Shown here: positions 14,152 through 27,499 of the stretch, piece after piece | Numbering within the stretch: position 1 is the first letter of the stretch | Layout of the letters: each line of letters begins with the position of its first letter | From: the human T2T-CHM13v2.0 reference genome, Homo sapiens | Assembly (NCBI RefSeq): GCF_009914755.1 | Contig: NC_060937.1 | Reading direction: 5' to 3' (one strand) | Length of the DNA: 64,000 nt | The notes under the pieces: model-generated | What the model saw: only the letters and a program-made list of their open reading frames with translations | Database searches by the model: none | What the model was told of the DNA's origin: nothing | Translations under genes and position numbers: made by a program

Positions 14152-14564
14152 AGAGAAAAGAAAAACAGCTCGGAGCAGTCTGAGCTATGTGAACTATGCA
14201 GGCCCAGAGAAGAGACATGAATATGAGACTTCGGGTCGCCCCACTCCGTGCCCAGCGGCAACTGTTTAAAGTCATTTGGTTCCTGACTAGCTGCCTCCCC
14301 CATTATCTTCATGTTCCCAGAATGTGTGATACAAAGAACAACAGATAGCCAATCAATAGCCCATGTTGTTTTCATGTGAATTCTTGGTAAACAACTCAGA
14401 AACTGCCTCTTCTTTTCCTTTAAAAATCCACTTGTAACTCCTGTTAATCAGAGTGTATATTCAGGGCAATTTGAACCTTTGCTCCTGAGTTGCAGCAAGC
14501 TTGGCCCAAATAAACTCTCTACTTACGTTAAATTTTGCCTCCTCTTCTTCTTTTTGGGTCAGCA
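14152..14564 (+). mobile_element. Solo ERV1 LTR inside Tigger2 (LTR23/LTR47/MER83-84-like)
   Basis: agctcggagcagtctgagctatgtga...ggcccagaga 5' motif, AATAAA near 14509, ends CA, near-TSD ctag/ctgg; Tigger2 resumes after it. Confidence 0.7.
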
Positions 14565-15062
14565 CTGGAAAGAGGAACTGCTCACATAGGGATGATTGGT
14601 GTCACACGGTGTTTTAAGTGGATATTCACAACACAACACTCACCACAAAAGCTACAGGAGCTGGCTATGAAATCATTACAGTAGTACAATATGTACTGTA
14701 GTTAATTTTATGTAGTTATGATTTAATGTTGCATCTTTACATTTGTTTCTCTGGACTGTAAATGGCACCATGTATGGTCTGTGTTTGTGTGGGTAAGTTT
14801 TGATAAATTTTAACTTTTTATAATAGATTTGTGTATCATTTACAGTAGTAAATGATAAAATAGACTAGTATCTACACATTATTTTATATATTAATGACAT
14901 ACCTTTTTCTTAATTTCTTCAACGGCTATGCAGTTCATCTGTGAGTTTTTTCAAATTGTTGCACATCTCCAAAAATGTTTACAATACACTTATTTTTTTA
15001 ATCTGCATATAAGTGGACCTGTGGAGTTCAAACCCATGTTGTTCAAAGGTCAGCTGTAGTAC

Positions 15063-15373
15063 TTTTTTTTTTTTTTTTTTTTTGAGACAGTCTCACTTTC
15101 ACCCAGGCTAGAGTGCAGTGGCTCAATCAGAGCTCACTGCAGCCATGACTTCCTGGACTTAAGCAATCCTGCCATCTCAGCCTCCTGAGTAGCTAGGGAC
15201 TACAGGTGTGTGCCACCAAGCCCAGCTAATTTTTTCTTTCCTTTTTTTCTTTTTTTTAGAGATGGGTTCTCACTTTGTTGCCCAGGCTGGTCTGAAACTC
15301 CTGGGCTCAAGCATTGCCCCACCTCAGCCTCCCAAAGTGCTGTGATTACAGGTGTTAGCCACTGCACCCAGAC
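15063..15373 (-). mobile_element. AluJ
   Basis: Antisense Alu abutting the Tigger2 TIR. Confidence 0.9.
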
Positions 15374-16449
15374 AATGGCACTATTTATAACTTTTTTTTT
15401 TTTTAACTTAGCATGGTAAACATCTTTCCTTAGAACATTTGCCTAACTGTATGACTGAACATCTACTTTGTTAAGACACAATGTTTAAAAAATAGACATG
15501 AATCTCAATTTGAATCTCAATCTATTTTAAGAGTTTTAAAATAAACTTCATGGGCTTAATGGAGACCCTGGGTAGTTCATGACCATCTGCTTTCAGATTC
15601 ACTTTCAGATTAACATTCAATAGAGGGGGGAAGTCTCTACTACAGGCCCTGACCCAGCCTGTCTTCCAGTGTCATCACACCCAAGCGCTATCTTAATTAT
15701 CTTTATCCCTGTCAACCTCAAAGAAAGAGAGGCAGGAAGATTCAAAGTTCTGATCAGACAGTAAGTCTCTTGCTACCAATTCACCAACAAAGAGTCAAGA
15801 AAGAAATAGAAAGTAAAAGTATAAAATAAGATAAATTCACTGATAAGGAGTCAAAAAAGAAACAGAAAATAAAGATGTAAAAGATATAATGTCACCATCC
15901 ACGTGCTCCTTGCAAAACTCATTATTCAGTGAATGAAAAGCACTCCCAGTGATTTTTATTCCTTGTATTTTTGTTTTGTTTTGCTTTCTTCCAGATAAAT
16001 GAGTTACTAAATATTTAACACAAGAGTTAGATCAGTGTCTTCTTTTACACATTGGAGCTCTATGGAATTGGTGAAAACAAATGGTCCTAACATAGAAAAT
16101 TAATCTTATACATTTTGTACAAGATGTGTGGCTGCTTTAAAATCCTATGCAAAGATCCCCATACGGATTTACAGACAATCTGAACAGCTTTTCCTAAACT
16201 AAAACAAACACAGAACCAGCCTCAAAGTGATACACATTCTGATGTGCAAAAATATTGGCAAATTAGTCATATGTAGCAATGAGAAACTCATGATATGATA
16301 GAGCCTGTGCATTAGGAAAATTAATCTGGCAGCAGGAGGTAAACTGGGATGAAATAAATAGAAATGGGTGCAGGGAAGAGAAATTAGAGGTAATAGGAAA
16401 TACGAAAAGGATAAAATGAAGATATAGAGTCAGATGTAGCGTCTTCAGG

Positions 16450-16930
16450 GTTTGTTCATTCATCCAAAAAATATGACTGAGCCCCTGCTATGCACCAGGC
16501 CCTGCGAAAACCACGGTGAACCAACAGTCCAGGGAGGGAAAAAGACATTAAGCAAATGTACAAAAATAAATAAATAAATAAATTGTGATAAGTGGTCAAA
16601 GGAAAGGAACAGGCAGTGCATGCTTTAGTTTGGGTGGATAGGCCAGGACATGCGAGTACAGTTTCAAAGGCCAGAGAGAGTGGCCTGGCAACTGAGAGGG
16701 GTGGCCAGGGGTCATGATTATTCCAGGCAGAAGTGAGAGCTTTTTACCTCCTGGAGTATGAGAGAGGCTGGCATACATGGGAGGGTGGTGTCTGATAAGG
16801 AGAGAGCCTTATGGTCCAAGGGAAATAGTTTGTATCCCAAGGGCAATGGGAAATACTAATGTCTTCAGGGTTTAGAATTGAACCTATAAGGATGGATTAA
16901 TTACGGTAGCAAAGAAACCAGATAAGAAGG
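16450..16930 (-). mobile_element. L2 3' part
   Basis: ttcattcatccaaaaaatatgactgagcccctgctatgcaccaggc. Confidence 0.6.
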
Positions 16931-16943
16931 ATCCTATCCCCTA

Positions 16944-17305
16944 TGATATGGTTTGGCTCTGTGTCCCCACCCAAATCCCCAGTGTTGGAGGAGGGGCCTG
17001 GTGGAAGGCGACTGAATCATGGGGGCAGACTTCCCCCTTACTGTTCTCATGATAGAGTTCTCATGAGATCTGGTTGTTTAAAAGTGTGTAGCACCTCTCC
17101 CTTTGCTCTTCCCTTTTCTTGCCAGCCATGTGGAGATGTGCCTGTTTCCCCTTCACCTTCTGCCATGATTGTAAGTTTCCTGAGGCCTCTCCAGAAGCAG
17201 AAACCTGTACAGCCTGCAGAACCATAAGCCAATTAAACCTCTTTTCTTTATAAATTACCCAATCTCAGGTATGCCTTTATTGCAGTGCAAAAATGGACTA
17301 ATACA
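16944..17305 (+). mobile_element. MaLR solo LTR (MSTA-like)
   Basis: tgatatggtttggctctgtgtcccc...ggactaataca; 5-bp TSD CCCTA. Confidence 0.9.
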
Positions 17306-17357
17306 CCCTACTACTGCACAGACCAGGAAAGAAAGGAGACAGGAAAGGGGATGCCAG

Positions 17358-17647
17358 GTTGCAGCAGGCATCAGTGCTGCTCACCAAAGATGTGAGTCCT
17401 CCTTGCAGACACATAGAAAGGACTGTACTTCCCTGCTCCTGGAGTTCGGTGCTGCCATGTGATTTGCTTTTGCCACACAGACCTGCCACATTCAAGATGG
17501 GGGCTGTCCCATCAACTGAGGTCCCAGGACAATATGGAACTAGGCTCCCAGCCCACACTCAATGGAGAGGTAGCGTGTGGAAGAAATAAACCTTTCTGTT
17601 CTAAGCCACTGAGATCTGGGAGTCCTTGGCCCATAACGACTGATTCA
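17358..17647 (+). mobile_element. Old MaLR LTR fragment (MLT1I/J-like)
   Basis: gccatgtgatttgctttgg-like motif; agaaataaacctttctgttctaagccactgagat. Confidence 0.6.
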
Positions 17648-18999
17648 TGACAGAAAGTAACGAATGTAGTGGTTCTTGAATGAGGAAGGCAAAGGAGATA
17701 AACAGAAGAGACACAGGAGGAGTTACAGATTTCATAGTTGGTGATGAAATGACACTCCCCACTAAAACAAGAATGTAAAAAGGACAACCTAACTTGGGAT
17801 GAAAAGTGGCAATTTATGTTTCATAGATGCTGAACTTAAGGAGCTGGTAGGACAGCCAAGTAGAAGAGTCAGGCAGGAAAACAGAAAAGCAGGTCTAGGG
17901 CGGGGCACAACATGCGGTAGAAGCGGGGAGAATCAGAACTGAGATAAAACTGTGGAAATTGCAAAGAGGTGGTGCCCCCCTTCGGAGTGAAGGGAAACAA
18001 TTAAATTCTATAAACCAGTGGTGGAGAAGAGACCCTTTAGGAATGCCCCTTTGTGGTGACTGCAACAAAAAGAGTGAAGAAGATAAAGGAACAGACATCA
18101 GAGAAGGAGGAGGAGATGCAGGAGAATCCTGTTCCACAGAACGGAAGAGGGTGCTTAGTCGTATGGGGTGAGCCCTGAGAGGCCGCCCCACACTAAGGAC
18201 ATGAGCAGGTCACAGGGATAGGGAGCTGTGGATGGTGAGGAAGCAGAGGCAGACCAGCCAGTGTAGAAGTAAAGATAAGAGCTGGGTCAGTAGAGCCAAG
18301 AAGCCCCAGGCCAGGGAATAGCCAAGGGCAGAGCCTGTGACAGATAGCCTCCGGCATCTCAGAAACTCCCAGCCCTCCTCTCTCCACCACTTGCTAAGTT
18401 CTGAGCAACTTTTTAAAATTGCAGAAGCTCAAATATACAACAGGAAGAAAAAGAACTATCTCTCAGGAGTAAGTGGCTTCGCTCTGAGGGCTCCAATTAT
18501 CACAGCACATTCTCAAATCATTTTCCTGTCAATATTGACCAAAGTGATAAAAGTAATACATGTCAACTGTAGAAATCTGGGAAGGACAGAAAATCGGAAG
18601 AAAAAAAAGTGAACTTCCCATCACCCCACATCCAGAGAACCACTGTTAACATTCTGCATTCTGGTTTATGTTAAAGACTAAACACAGATAGGTCAGGCCG
18701 ATAGCCAGTCAACGAATGTATATAAGAGATTTATGCTAAAGAAAAATAATTTTATGACAGGTACACTTTTAAAACCTCATTCTTATCAAACCTACATTCC
18801 ATACTGTACAGTACAGCTTATGTCCATGTGAATGCGGCCGTGGAGTTGCAGAATGGGGTAGCCCTCCAAGCAAAAAGTTTAACTTAACACTATGACCAAG
18901 AGATCTCTATAGACAAATAGCTACAGGGCAAATATTGTTTCTAAGCTTACTGTTTGACTTTTGTATGGTACTTACAGAGACAGACATTTAGTGTTAACA

Positions 19000-19785
<786 letters not shown>

Positions 19786-21662
19786 TTACATGATTATTTC
19801 CCCATGTTTTATGTGGTTTCTTTTATTTTACAAATAACTCTTATATTTCACTATAATTTATTTCAGTATGTTCTGTAAGGTAGGGCTCCAACATTATTAT
19901 TTGTAACACCATTTACTGAATGGTAACTCACCATATCCGACTACTGCTCTCATGATACCTAAGTGCCTACACACACACAGGCCTGTTACTGGATTTTCCC
20001 TTCCACGTCACACCTCCCATCCCATTCTTGGGCCTGCCTGACAGAAAACAGTCACATTATTTACTCTCAGGATTACACTTAGGGAAGGTCTCTCTAGGAA
20101 GCATATGTTCATGGCTGGTTTGAACTTCTTTCCTGAAATAGTTTCAAAAAGACAAAGGAAAAAAAATCTATTTCAGGATGTGTTCTCAGCCAATCAATGA
20201 AATTGTTCCCAAAGTTGGCAACTGTAATTTCTCAAAACCTCTCTCCCTTCCTCCAAAAACTTGCTCTTCTTTGCCCAAGCCGCTCTGCTCCTTCTTGGTC
20301 CTACCTGAGCATACTAAGCATTTGCTCAATTTCTTATTCTTTCCTAGAAAAAAAGGATAAAAGTCTTCCTTATCTCTGCATCTTCCAGGTCCAGTTTAAT
20401 TCTTAATAAATTCTTTCCCGAATACACTGGTTCTGTGCTTTCATCTTCCTCTGGTCACTGAACCACGTTTGACTCTTTCCATGGTGTGCCTTAGTACTGT
20501 TAGTCACCTTAGAGTAGGTGACTGACCCGTCCACCTGTTTAGATCATAAACCCTACACGGGCAAGGGCCTACTCTGACATGGTATCATGTTCTTAGCACC
20601 CAGCAGGGAGCCCTGCCCCAGGGTCGGCCCTCAGTAAATGTGGACAGTGATTTCACAGTTCCTTCCCTCCCTGTTCAAACTCAAGGCCTCACTAATGTCC
20701 TCCTGACAGTGTACTAATAATCAAAAGGACTAGAAGCCAAAGGAATGGAACCTGCTGTTAATGATATAGTCCAAGATGGGCCTCCACCCTGCTTCCGATA
20801 TTTTGGGACATTTCTGTTTTCTCCACTGGAGGGTGGAGAAAAACAGTGCAGAGAAGCCCTGGCCAGTTCAGTTATCAGCTTACTGACATCTGATTTTAAA
20901 TTATAGCCAAAAACGAGATTTTACCTTACTTGAGAATTTCAAAGAACACCATTACCGGGGTCTCACGTTACCTCCGACAGCACTGGAATCTTGAGCTGAA
21001 TAAACGGGGCAGTGAGGGAAGCCTCAGGCAGACTCAGGGACACTACCATCCCATACCTTCTGTCTGCCCTCCTTCAGTAATACCAAGCGAAATTTAGCAA
21101 CGACCTGACTTGGTTTCATTTGTATTGTTGGAATTCAAAGGGGTGAGGAGTGGCATCACTGGCAAGTGCTTGACATCGAAGAAGAGTTTGAAGTTGAACA
21201 TAGTGAGATAAGATCAGTAAGGAAGCCGGGCAGCCAGAAGACTTGTATATTAATACCCAAGTGCAGGACAGTCAGCATGCCCATGCAAAGGGATGTGACC
21301 TGATATTCACACAAATCTTTCAGAGAAAGGACACTTGTAGGCTTTGAGTGGTATTAATACATCCTCTTAGATCTAGGTCATTATGATGCCATCTTTAATA
21401 CATCTGAAAGACCTGAGGTAAAATCCTTTCAGGAGCTCTAAAAGTAATCATAACTCAACCCTGCTCAGGGAATTCTTTCTAGCTTTTCTTCTGAGTTCGC
21501 GTACGTTTTGAACATGCTACCTTCCTGACTATTCTAAATTATGGAAAGCTAATTCTGAAATTGTGAGGATTCTTCCTTCATTACCAAACATTATAAATTA
21601 CTTTTCCTACAGTTAAAAATGTTCCTAGTAGCACCTCCACTACTTTTATAAAAGCAGCTTAG

Positions 21663-21943
21663 GGCTGGGTATGCTGGCTCGCACCTGTAATCCCAGGAGT
21701 TTGGGATTGCTTGAGCCCAGTTCAAGACCAGCCTAGGCAACAGGGCAAAACCCCATCTCTAAAAAAAAATACAAAAATTAGCTAGGCGTGGTGGTGCATG
21801 CCTGTAATCCCAGCTACTCTGGAGGCTGAGGTAAGAGGATTGCTTGTACCCGGGAGTTCAAAGGCTGCAGCAAGCCATGATCATGCCACTACACTCCAGC
21901 CTGGGTGACAGATTAAGATGGTCTCTAAAAGAATAATAAATAA
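21663..21943 (+). mobile_element. AluJ (internally deleted)
   Basis: Alu body; tail interrupted by the next Alu; outer TSD-like aaa(g/a)cagctt. Confidence 0.88.
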
Positions 21944-22268
21944 GGCCGGGCGCAGTGGCTCACCCCTGTAATCCTAGCACTTTGGGAGGCCGAGGTGGGC
22001 GGATCACCTGAGGTGAGGAGTTCAAAACCAGCCTGGCCAAATTGGCAAAACCCCGTCTCTACTAAAAATACAAAAAATTAGCCGGGTGTGGTGGTGGGCG
22101 CCTATAATCTCAGCTACTCAGGAGGCTGAGGCAGGAGAACCACCTGAACCCGGGAAGCGGAGGTTGCAGTGAGCCAAGATCATGCCACTGCACTCCAGCC
22201 TGGGTGAAAAGAGCAAGACTCCATCTCAAAAAAATAATAATAATAAATAAATAAATAAATAAATAAAA
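21944..22268 (+). mobile_element. AluS inserted into the tail of the preceding Alu
   Basis: Full Alu with (TAAA)n tail. Confidence 0.92.
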
Positions 22269-22329
22269 ACAGCTTCAAATAGAAGCCCATTGGTGGAATA
22301 AGGGACTCTAGAAAAACCGAGTATGCCTC

Positions 22330-22640
22330 TTATTTAACAGAGCAGGAACCTTGAAGTTCAGAGACATTAAGCAACAGTCCAAGGGGACTTAAGTAGCTGG
22401 TAGAATATACGCCAGCCACTGCCTAAGAGCTTCACCCACATAGCTCAATTAATCCTTCCAACAACAATACAAGGAAAGCATAATTATTATCTCCAATCTA
22501 CAGATGAAGAAACTGAGCCCCAACAAGGTTAAGTTATATACCTAAGATTGTACAGCTGGTGAGGCATAAAACCAGGTTTACAACCCATGCTCTAAACTAC
22601 TAAACCTCTAAGATTAAAACCCAGAAGTCCTGACCCCATG
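22330..22640 (-). mobile_element. MIR fragments
   Basis: cagatgaagaaactgagccc...aggttaagt core. Confidence 0.65.
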
Positions 22641-22668
22641 GAGGGTTCTCTCCATTATAAAGAATTCT

Positions 22669-22970
<302 letters not shown>

Positions 22971-23164
22971 CTAAGGCTCATGAAAGAGCTAACCATGTTT
23001 GACAAGGCCTACAAAGCTTTTTTAGGTCCTTATTAGAACAAACTAACAATCAAATATTTTTTAATATAATCTGGGAAATGTGAAGAGCATACTAACAAGT
23101 TGTTAATTTTATTATGACACAGTTATGTAAGAATAGACCCTATTTTTAAGTAACATATACTAGT

Positions 23165-23345
23165 TATATAGAGGTGAAATGATATAAGGCCTGGGACTCA
23201 CAATCACACATGAAAAATAATAGGAAGAAGAGACATATGAAGCAGGTTTGGCAAAATCTCAATAATTATTCAATCTGGATGATGAAATATGAAGGTTCAT
23301 TATACTATTCTCTCTACTTTTTGTATGCTTATTTTCAAGCTTTTC
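23165..23345 (+). mobile_element. L1M 3' UTR fragment
   Basis: ggttcattatactattctctctactttttgtatg. Confidence 0.6.
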
Positions 23346-25915
23346 AAACAAATTAATACAAAATCATTCATGAAAGTCCATGAACCTGAACACATGAAAA
23401 ATGAAGCTATTGAACAATGAAAAATGGATAAGCCCACATTATGTTTACATTTTAAAGCTTGTTTTTAATGGCAGCCTTTATCATCCACTGAACTATTTAA
23501 TTTTGTTTCTGATCTCATGACCATCCACTCATCAATACTTGAAGTGTGGGAAGAGCTACTAAACCCACACATAGTTTAATTTTTTTTAAATCCATCTGCA
23601 GAACTGCTTTATTAGCTAGATAAGAATATTTATTGAGCATTTATGTTGTGAGCATTGTATTAGTGCTGACCCAAGTTATCAGACACAGAGTAATTATTTC
23701 CATCTAAGGACAGATGCACAGACCATGGGATTCTGAACCTGGCGTGGTTGCTGCTCTGCCTCCTGAGAAGTCCAGGGTTACCTTACCTCACCTCTTAGAC
23801 CTTCATACAACAAAGCCCGGCCAGAACTTATGTGGCAGGTGCACCTGCTGTGGCTCCCTGGCAGACACTGGAGCCACTAGAGGAAGTAAGCAGTGGCAGA
23901 GTACCAGGAAGGAGGTGGGGGGATGAGGTGTGTGGGTAATTTTCAGTATCTGTAAGCCCTCCCAGATTCTTCCTTCTGCAATTCAGAACCATCACAATGC
24001 ATTTCCTATTTCCCATTCAGCCAGGGGCCCTCACATGCCAGAGCAGGCCCACCTGCTTCCCTGCATTTTGTATCTGTTCCATCACAGGTTTCATCAGACA
24101 AGTGACCACAGACAGACGAGACTAAGAGTTAAGACAACAGCCGGGCATCTGGCTCTTCATGCTTAAGGGTGTCCAGGGAAAACGGATGTACTACTAAAGT
24201 ATCATGAGATAACACAGTTGGCAGCCTGTCACACGTGGGAATGGACACTCCTAGGTCACCATTAGTAGGCCATCCTCCGATGGGAAGGGCAGATATTCGG
24301 GGACTACTGCACATCAGCAGTGTTGTGTCTGCACCAGCACTCCTGGGCTCCATCTACACGGCTTATTAAACCAGTACCTGCAGCACTTTGGAAATCATGG
24401 CACACTGGTACACTTTATTTACTCTTCTTCTGCCTCAAATCCCTGATGACCACGGCAGGCCCCAGATAAAGGAACCAACTTCTGTGTGAGAACAGAAAAG
24501 ATGCCAAAGAAGTTGCAGGCTTTATCCTTAACATGCACTGGCAAAACTCAGGAAGATGCAGGAAGCCACACAGAAGTTAGCTGGTTATGGAAGAGATGGC
24601 CAGGTTCTGGTCTATTCCCAACTCCTGCTCTACTCCTTACCTAATCGACTTCCCTAAAATAGAAAAATTAAATCCTTGTTTACTATGGATCAAACTGGAG
24701 TTGGAGAAATTTGGAGTTGGCAGAGCTAGCAATCGAGAGAAAATTCAAACTGAGCAAACTGGATATAGAAATCAGCGAAGCTTCATCTCCAATCTCCACA
24801 AACGTCATTCACGCAATTCTGTGTCTGCCCAGGAAGGGCATCGATCTGCCACCAAAATGATGCATCCGCCCCTGTGTTAAGGGGCCCGGCACTCTGCCCT
24901 GACAATCCCCCACAGGGCCCAGACAACCACTTCCAAGGCCCATCTTCTTGCACTGTTCCAACAAACACAAGTCACACCCACCCACAAACAAGCCCGTTTC
25001 AAGAAAACAAATGCCGGCGGCAACGCAAGGAGCTGCTAAAAGTTTCCAGCTGCCCTGCAGAGCTCGCTCCTGCTCAAACGTCGCTCCACTCCCGCACCAT
25101 CCAGGTGAATCGGGTTGTAGTGCGTTTCCAAATACAGCAGGACCGGCGCTGGCTGTGAAAAAGTTAATCGAAAACTTCATCTTCCTCACACCCAGAGGCC
25201 TATTCTCTAAAGACGTTCTGCCACGGGAAGATTCGTTTTGGGCTGATGGCTTTGCTTACTTAGAACCCCCAAACGTCACAGGAATTTGCACCAATACTAA
25301 ATTAGCGAGGGTTCCCATCATGCCCCCCAAGCCTTCCTAAAAGGCGGCCAAACTTCAGGATACCGGCTTGGAGGTGGGGGGCGCAGGAGAGGATGCCGAA
25401 GTCCTTCCCTCCTGGAGTTCAGCCAACTCAAAGGGTTAGCAGGGGCATCTCCCACCCTGAGCGCAGACTGGATGAGGAAGCCCCCACCTCAATTCCCCTT
25501 CGCCCCTCCAAAACACGGAAGGAGAGGGAGGCCGGGGGAGGGATACGGGGGAGGGATGCGGGGGAGGGGGGAGAGTGTAATTTCCCAGTTGACAGAAAGC
25601 AGGTAAATTGGGAGAGAGCGGGGTGAAAAGAGTGACAGGGCGACATCACTCTGCGGAAATTTCCCAGGAGGAAGGGGACAGCGATGGGGACAGGATCTTG
25701 GGTGGCGGGGAGGGGTCTGGGAGTTGCAGCCCCTCCAGGACCTTCTCTTCTCCCCTGTCCAACTCCCTCCCGCCGGCCCCACCTCTTGATTCCGCGGACC
25801 CAGCAGGGTCGGCCGCTCTGCCTCAGCCCTGCCGACTAAGAGGCGCCCGGCCCGGGGCCCGCAGCTGCCTGCGCCCCCGCCATCCTCCCCCGGCCCGCGG
25901 TCGTCCCGCACTCAC

Positions 25916-26044
25916 CAGGAGCACGGAGCCGCGCACCACCTCAGACACGCTCTGCCGCAGCTCGGCCGCCGTGCCCGGCTTACTCAGCGCCCGGGTGAAC
26001 TTCCGAGTCTCCGCCGAGGCGGGGAGCAGCGGCGGCTGCGACAT
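25916..26044 (-). CDS. DOCK9: DOCK9 (Zizimin-1) coding exon 1, 43 codons
   Basis: ATG at 26044 (context AGGATGT, -3 A). Translates [43 protein letters not shown], recognised as the DOCK9 N-terminus. Ends at CTG|GTGAGT donor (GT at 25915-25914); 129 nt, phase 0; lies in a CpG island. Confidence 0.95.
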
Positions 26045-27499
26045 CCTCCTGCCCCCGCCGCCTCCGCCTCCGCCTGCTCCCGCGGCCCGGCCCGGCCGCG
26101 CGGCCGCCAGGTGCGCCCTCGGCGCCCGGCCCGCTCCGCCCGCCGCTCCCGGCGCCGCCGCCGCCTGCTCCCCCCGCTGCTCGCCGCGAGTCCGGCCGCC
26201 GCAGCCCAGGCCGCGCCCTCTGCACCGTGTCACGCCCCAAGGCGCCCCCCTCGGCGTCCGCGGCCCCCCGCGATCGCAGCAGCGCCCGGGCTCGCTCCGG
26301 GCGACCGTGCGTGTGGCGGCGGCGGCTCCCCCATGCCACCAGCCTCCCTCGGCGACCACTCGCCGGGCCGCCTCCTCGGGGCGGGGTGTCCGGCGCGGCG
26401 CGGGCGGGGCGGGGCGCCCGGACGGCGGAGGAGGGGCCGGCGCGGCGGGACGGCGGGCCAGGCAGGTCGGCGCGGCCCGGCGCTGGAGCTAGGCGGCCGG
26501 ACTGGCAGGGGCGGCGTGCCGCGCGGGACCCTCACTGGGGAAGGTGGGGGGTCGGGGCCGCCTCCGCCCCGGGCCGCACGTCCGAAGACCGGAGGAGGGG
26601 ACTGCGCACGCCACCAAGAGGGCGCACAGCCGAGGCTGGACGATGCGCGGTTTCGGAGCAGGGTTTCCTGCCCAGGGAGCCCGGCTGCGCTCGAGGGGAC
26701 CCCGAAGTCACCGGCAGGGTCGGAGCTCGGTGCACCACGCCCCCCCTCTGCGCCCGGGGCCTCTGCGGGGACAGAGGTCTCAGGAAAGTAGCCTTTATTT
26801 ATGTGGCACCGATCGGAACCCGCGGCCGGCCAGGCGGACCTGGACGGAGCGTCCCTGCTCGGAACCTGGCGCGGGGCGCCGCGCGCTCGTGTGGCGCCTC
26901 GGCCTCCCCACCGTTCAGTCCCCGGAGGCACGGAGCTCGCGGCGGGACGATGACGGTTGGGCCGGGCCAGGCGTGGGAGACTCCCAGACTCCGGCCCGCC
27001 GGGACGGCCAGCTGCGTCACCTTGGACGTGGGCAATACTTCGGAGCCTCGGTTATGTCGCCTGTAACCTGAGGACAACGGCCTGGAAGGGGCTCAGGTGA
27101 CACGGCAGCCCTCACTGGGGCCGATTTAGCCGGTCTGCCGCCCCTCCGCGCCGGACCGCCAGGCGGGGTACCAGGGAAACTGGGATGCGCCGGCTTGCGA
27201 GCCCACCGTGACGCAGAGCTGGCGGCCGCTAGCGACAGCCACCCTGTGAGGGACTTTCCCCCCAATACCCTAACCGCTTTCCTGTCCCTAAGGGCCCGCT
27301 CCCGCCCCGGCTCCGTTTCTGTCTCTCTGAGGAAGCCCGGCGCAGCCTAACCCTCACAGGGCCGCGGAGAGGGCGCGCCAGGCGGGGATTTGCGCCAGGC
27401 CCGCGGCGCATGCTCAGTGGTTGGGGACTGGGCGGGTACCCCGGGCGGGGAGCCTGACTGAACGGCGGCTCTGCTGATTGGTCGGGCTGCTCACGCCAC

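Larger units (their letters stand above)
10663..15056 (-). mobile_element. Tigger2 (pogo/Tc1-mariner) DNA transposon, near full length, interrupted; dead transposase
   Basis: TIRs cagttaactcttgaacaacgcagg and cccatgttgttcaaaggtcagctg, each flanked by TA. Minus-strand ORF pieces: psq-HTH-like RKQREVMTLQEIVELLD...INESSLRTIVK (13788-14075), CENP-B-HTH-like ASKGWFDNSRK (13417-13713), DDE-region LLILYNAPGHP (11895-12190). Confidence 0.9.

Noticed and set aside
26045-26359. 105 open codons in frame upstream of the DOCK9 ATG (possible non-AUG N-terminal extension)
   Set aside because: Explained by GC content; nothing in the sequence supports initiation at the in-frame CTG/GTG codons. Would need Ribo-seq.
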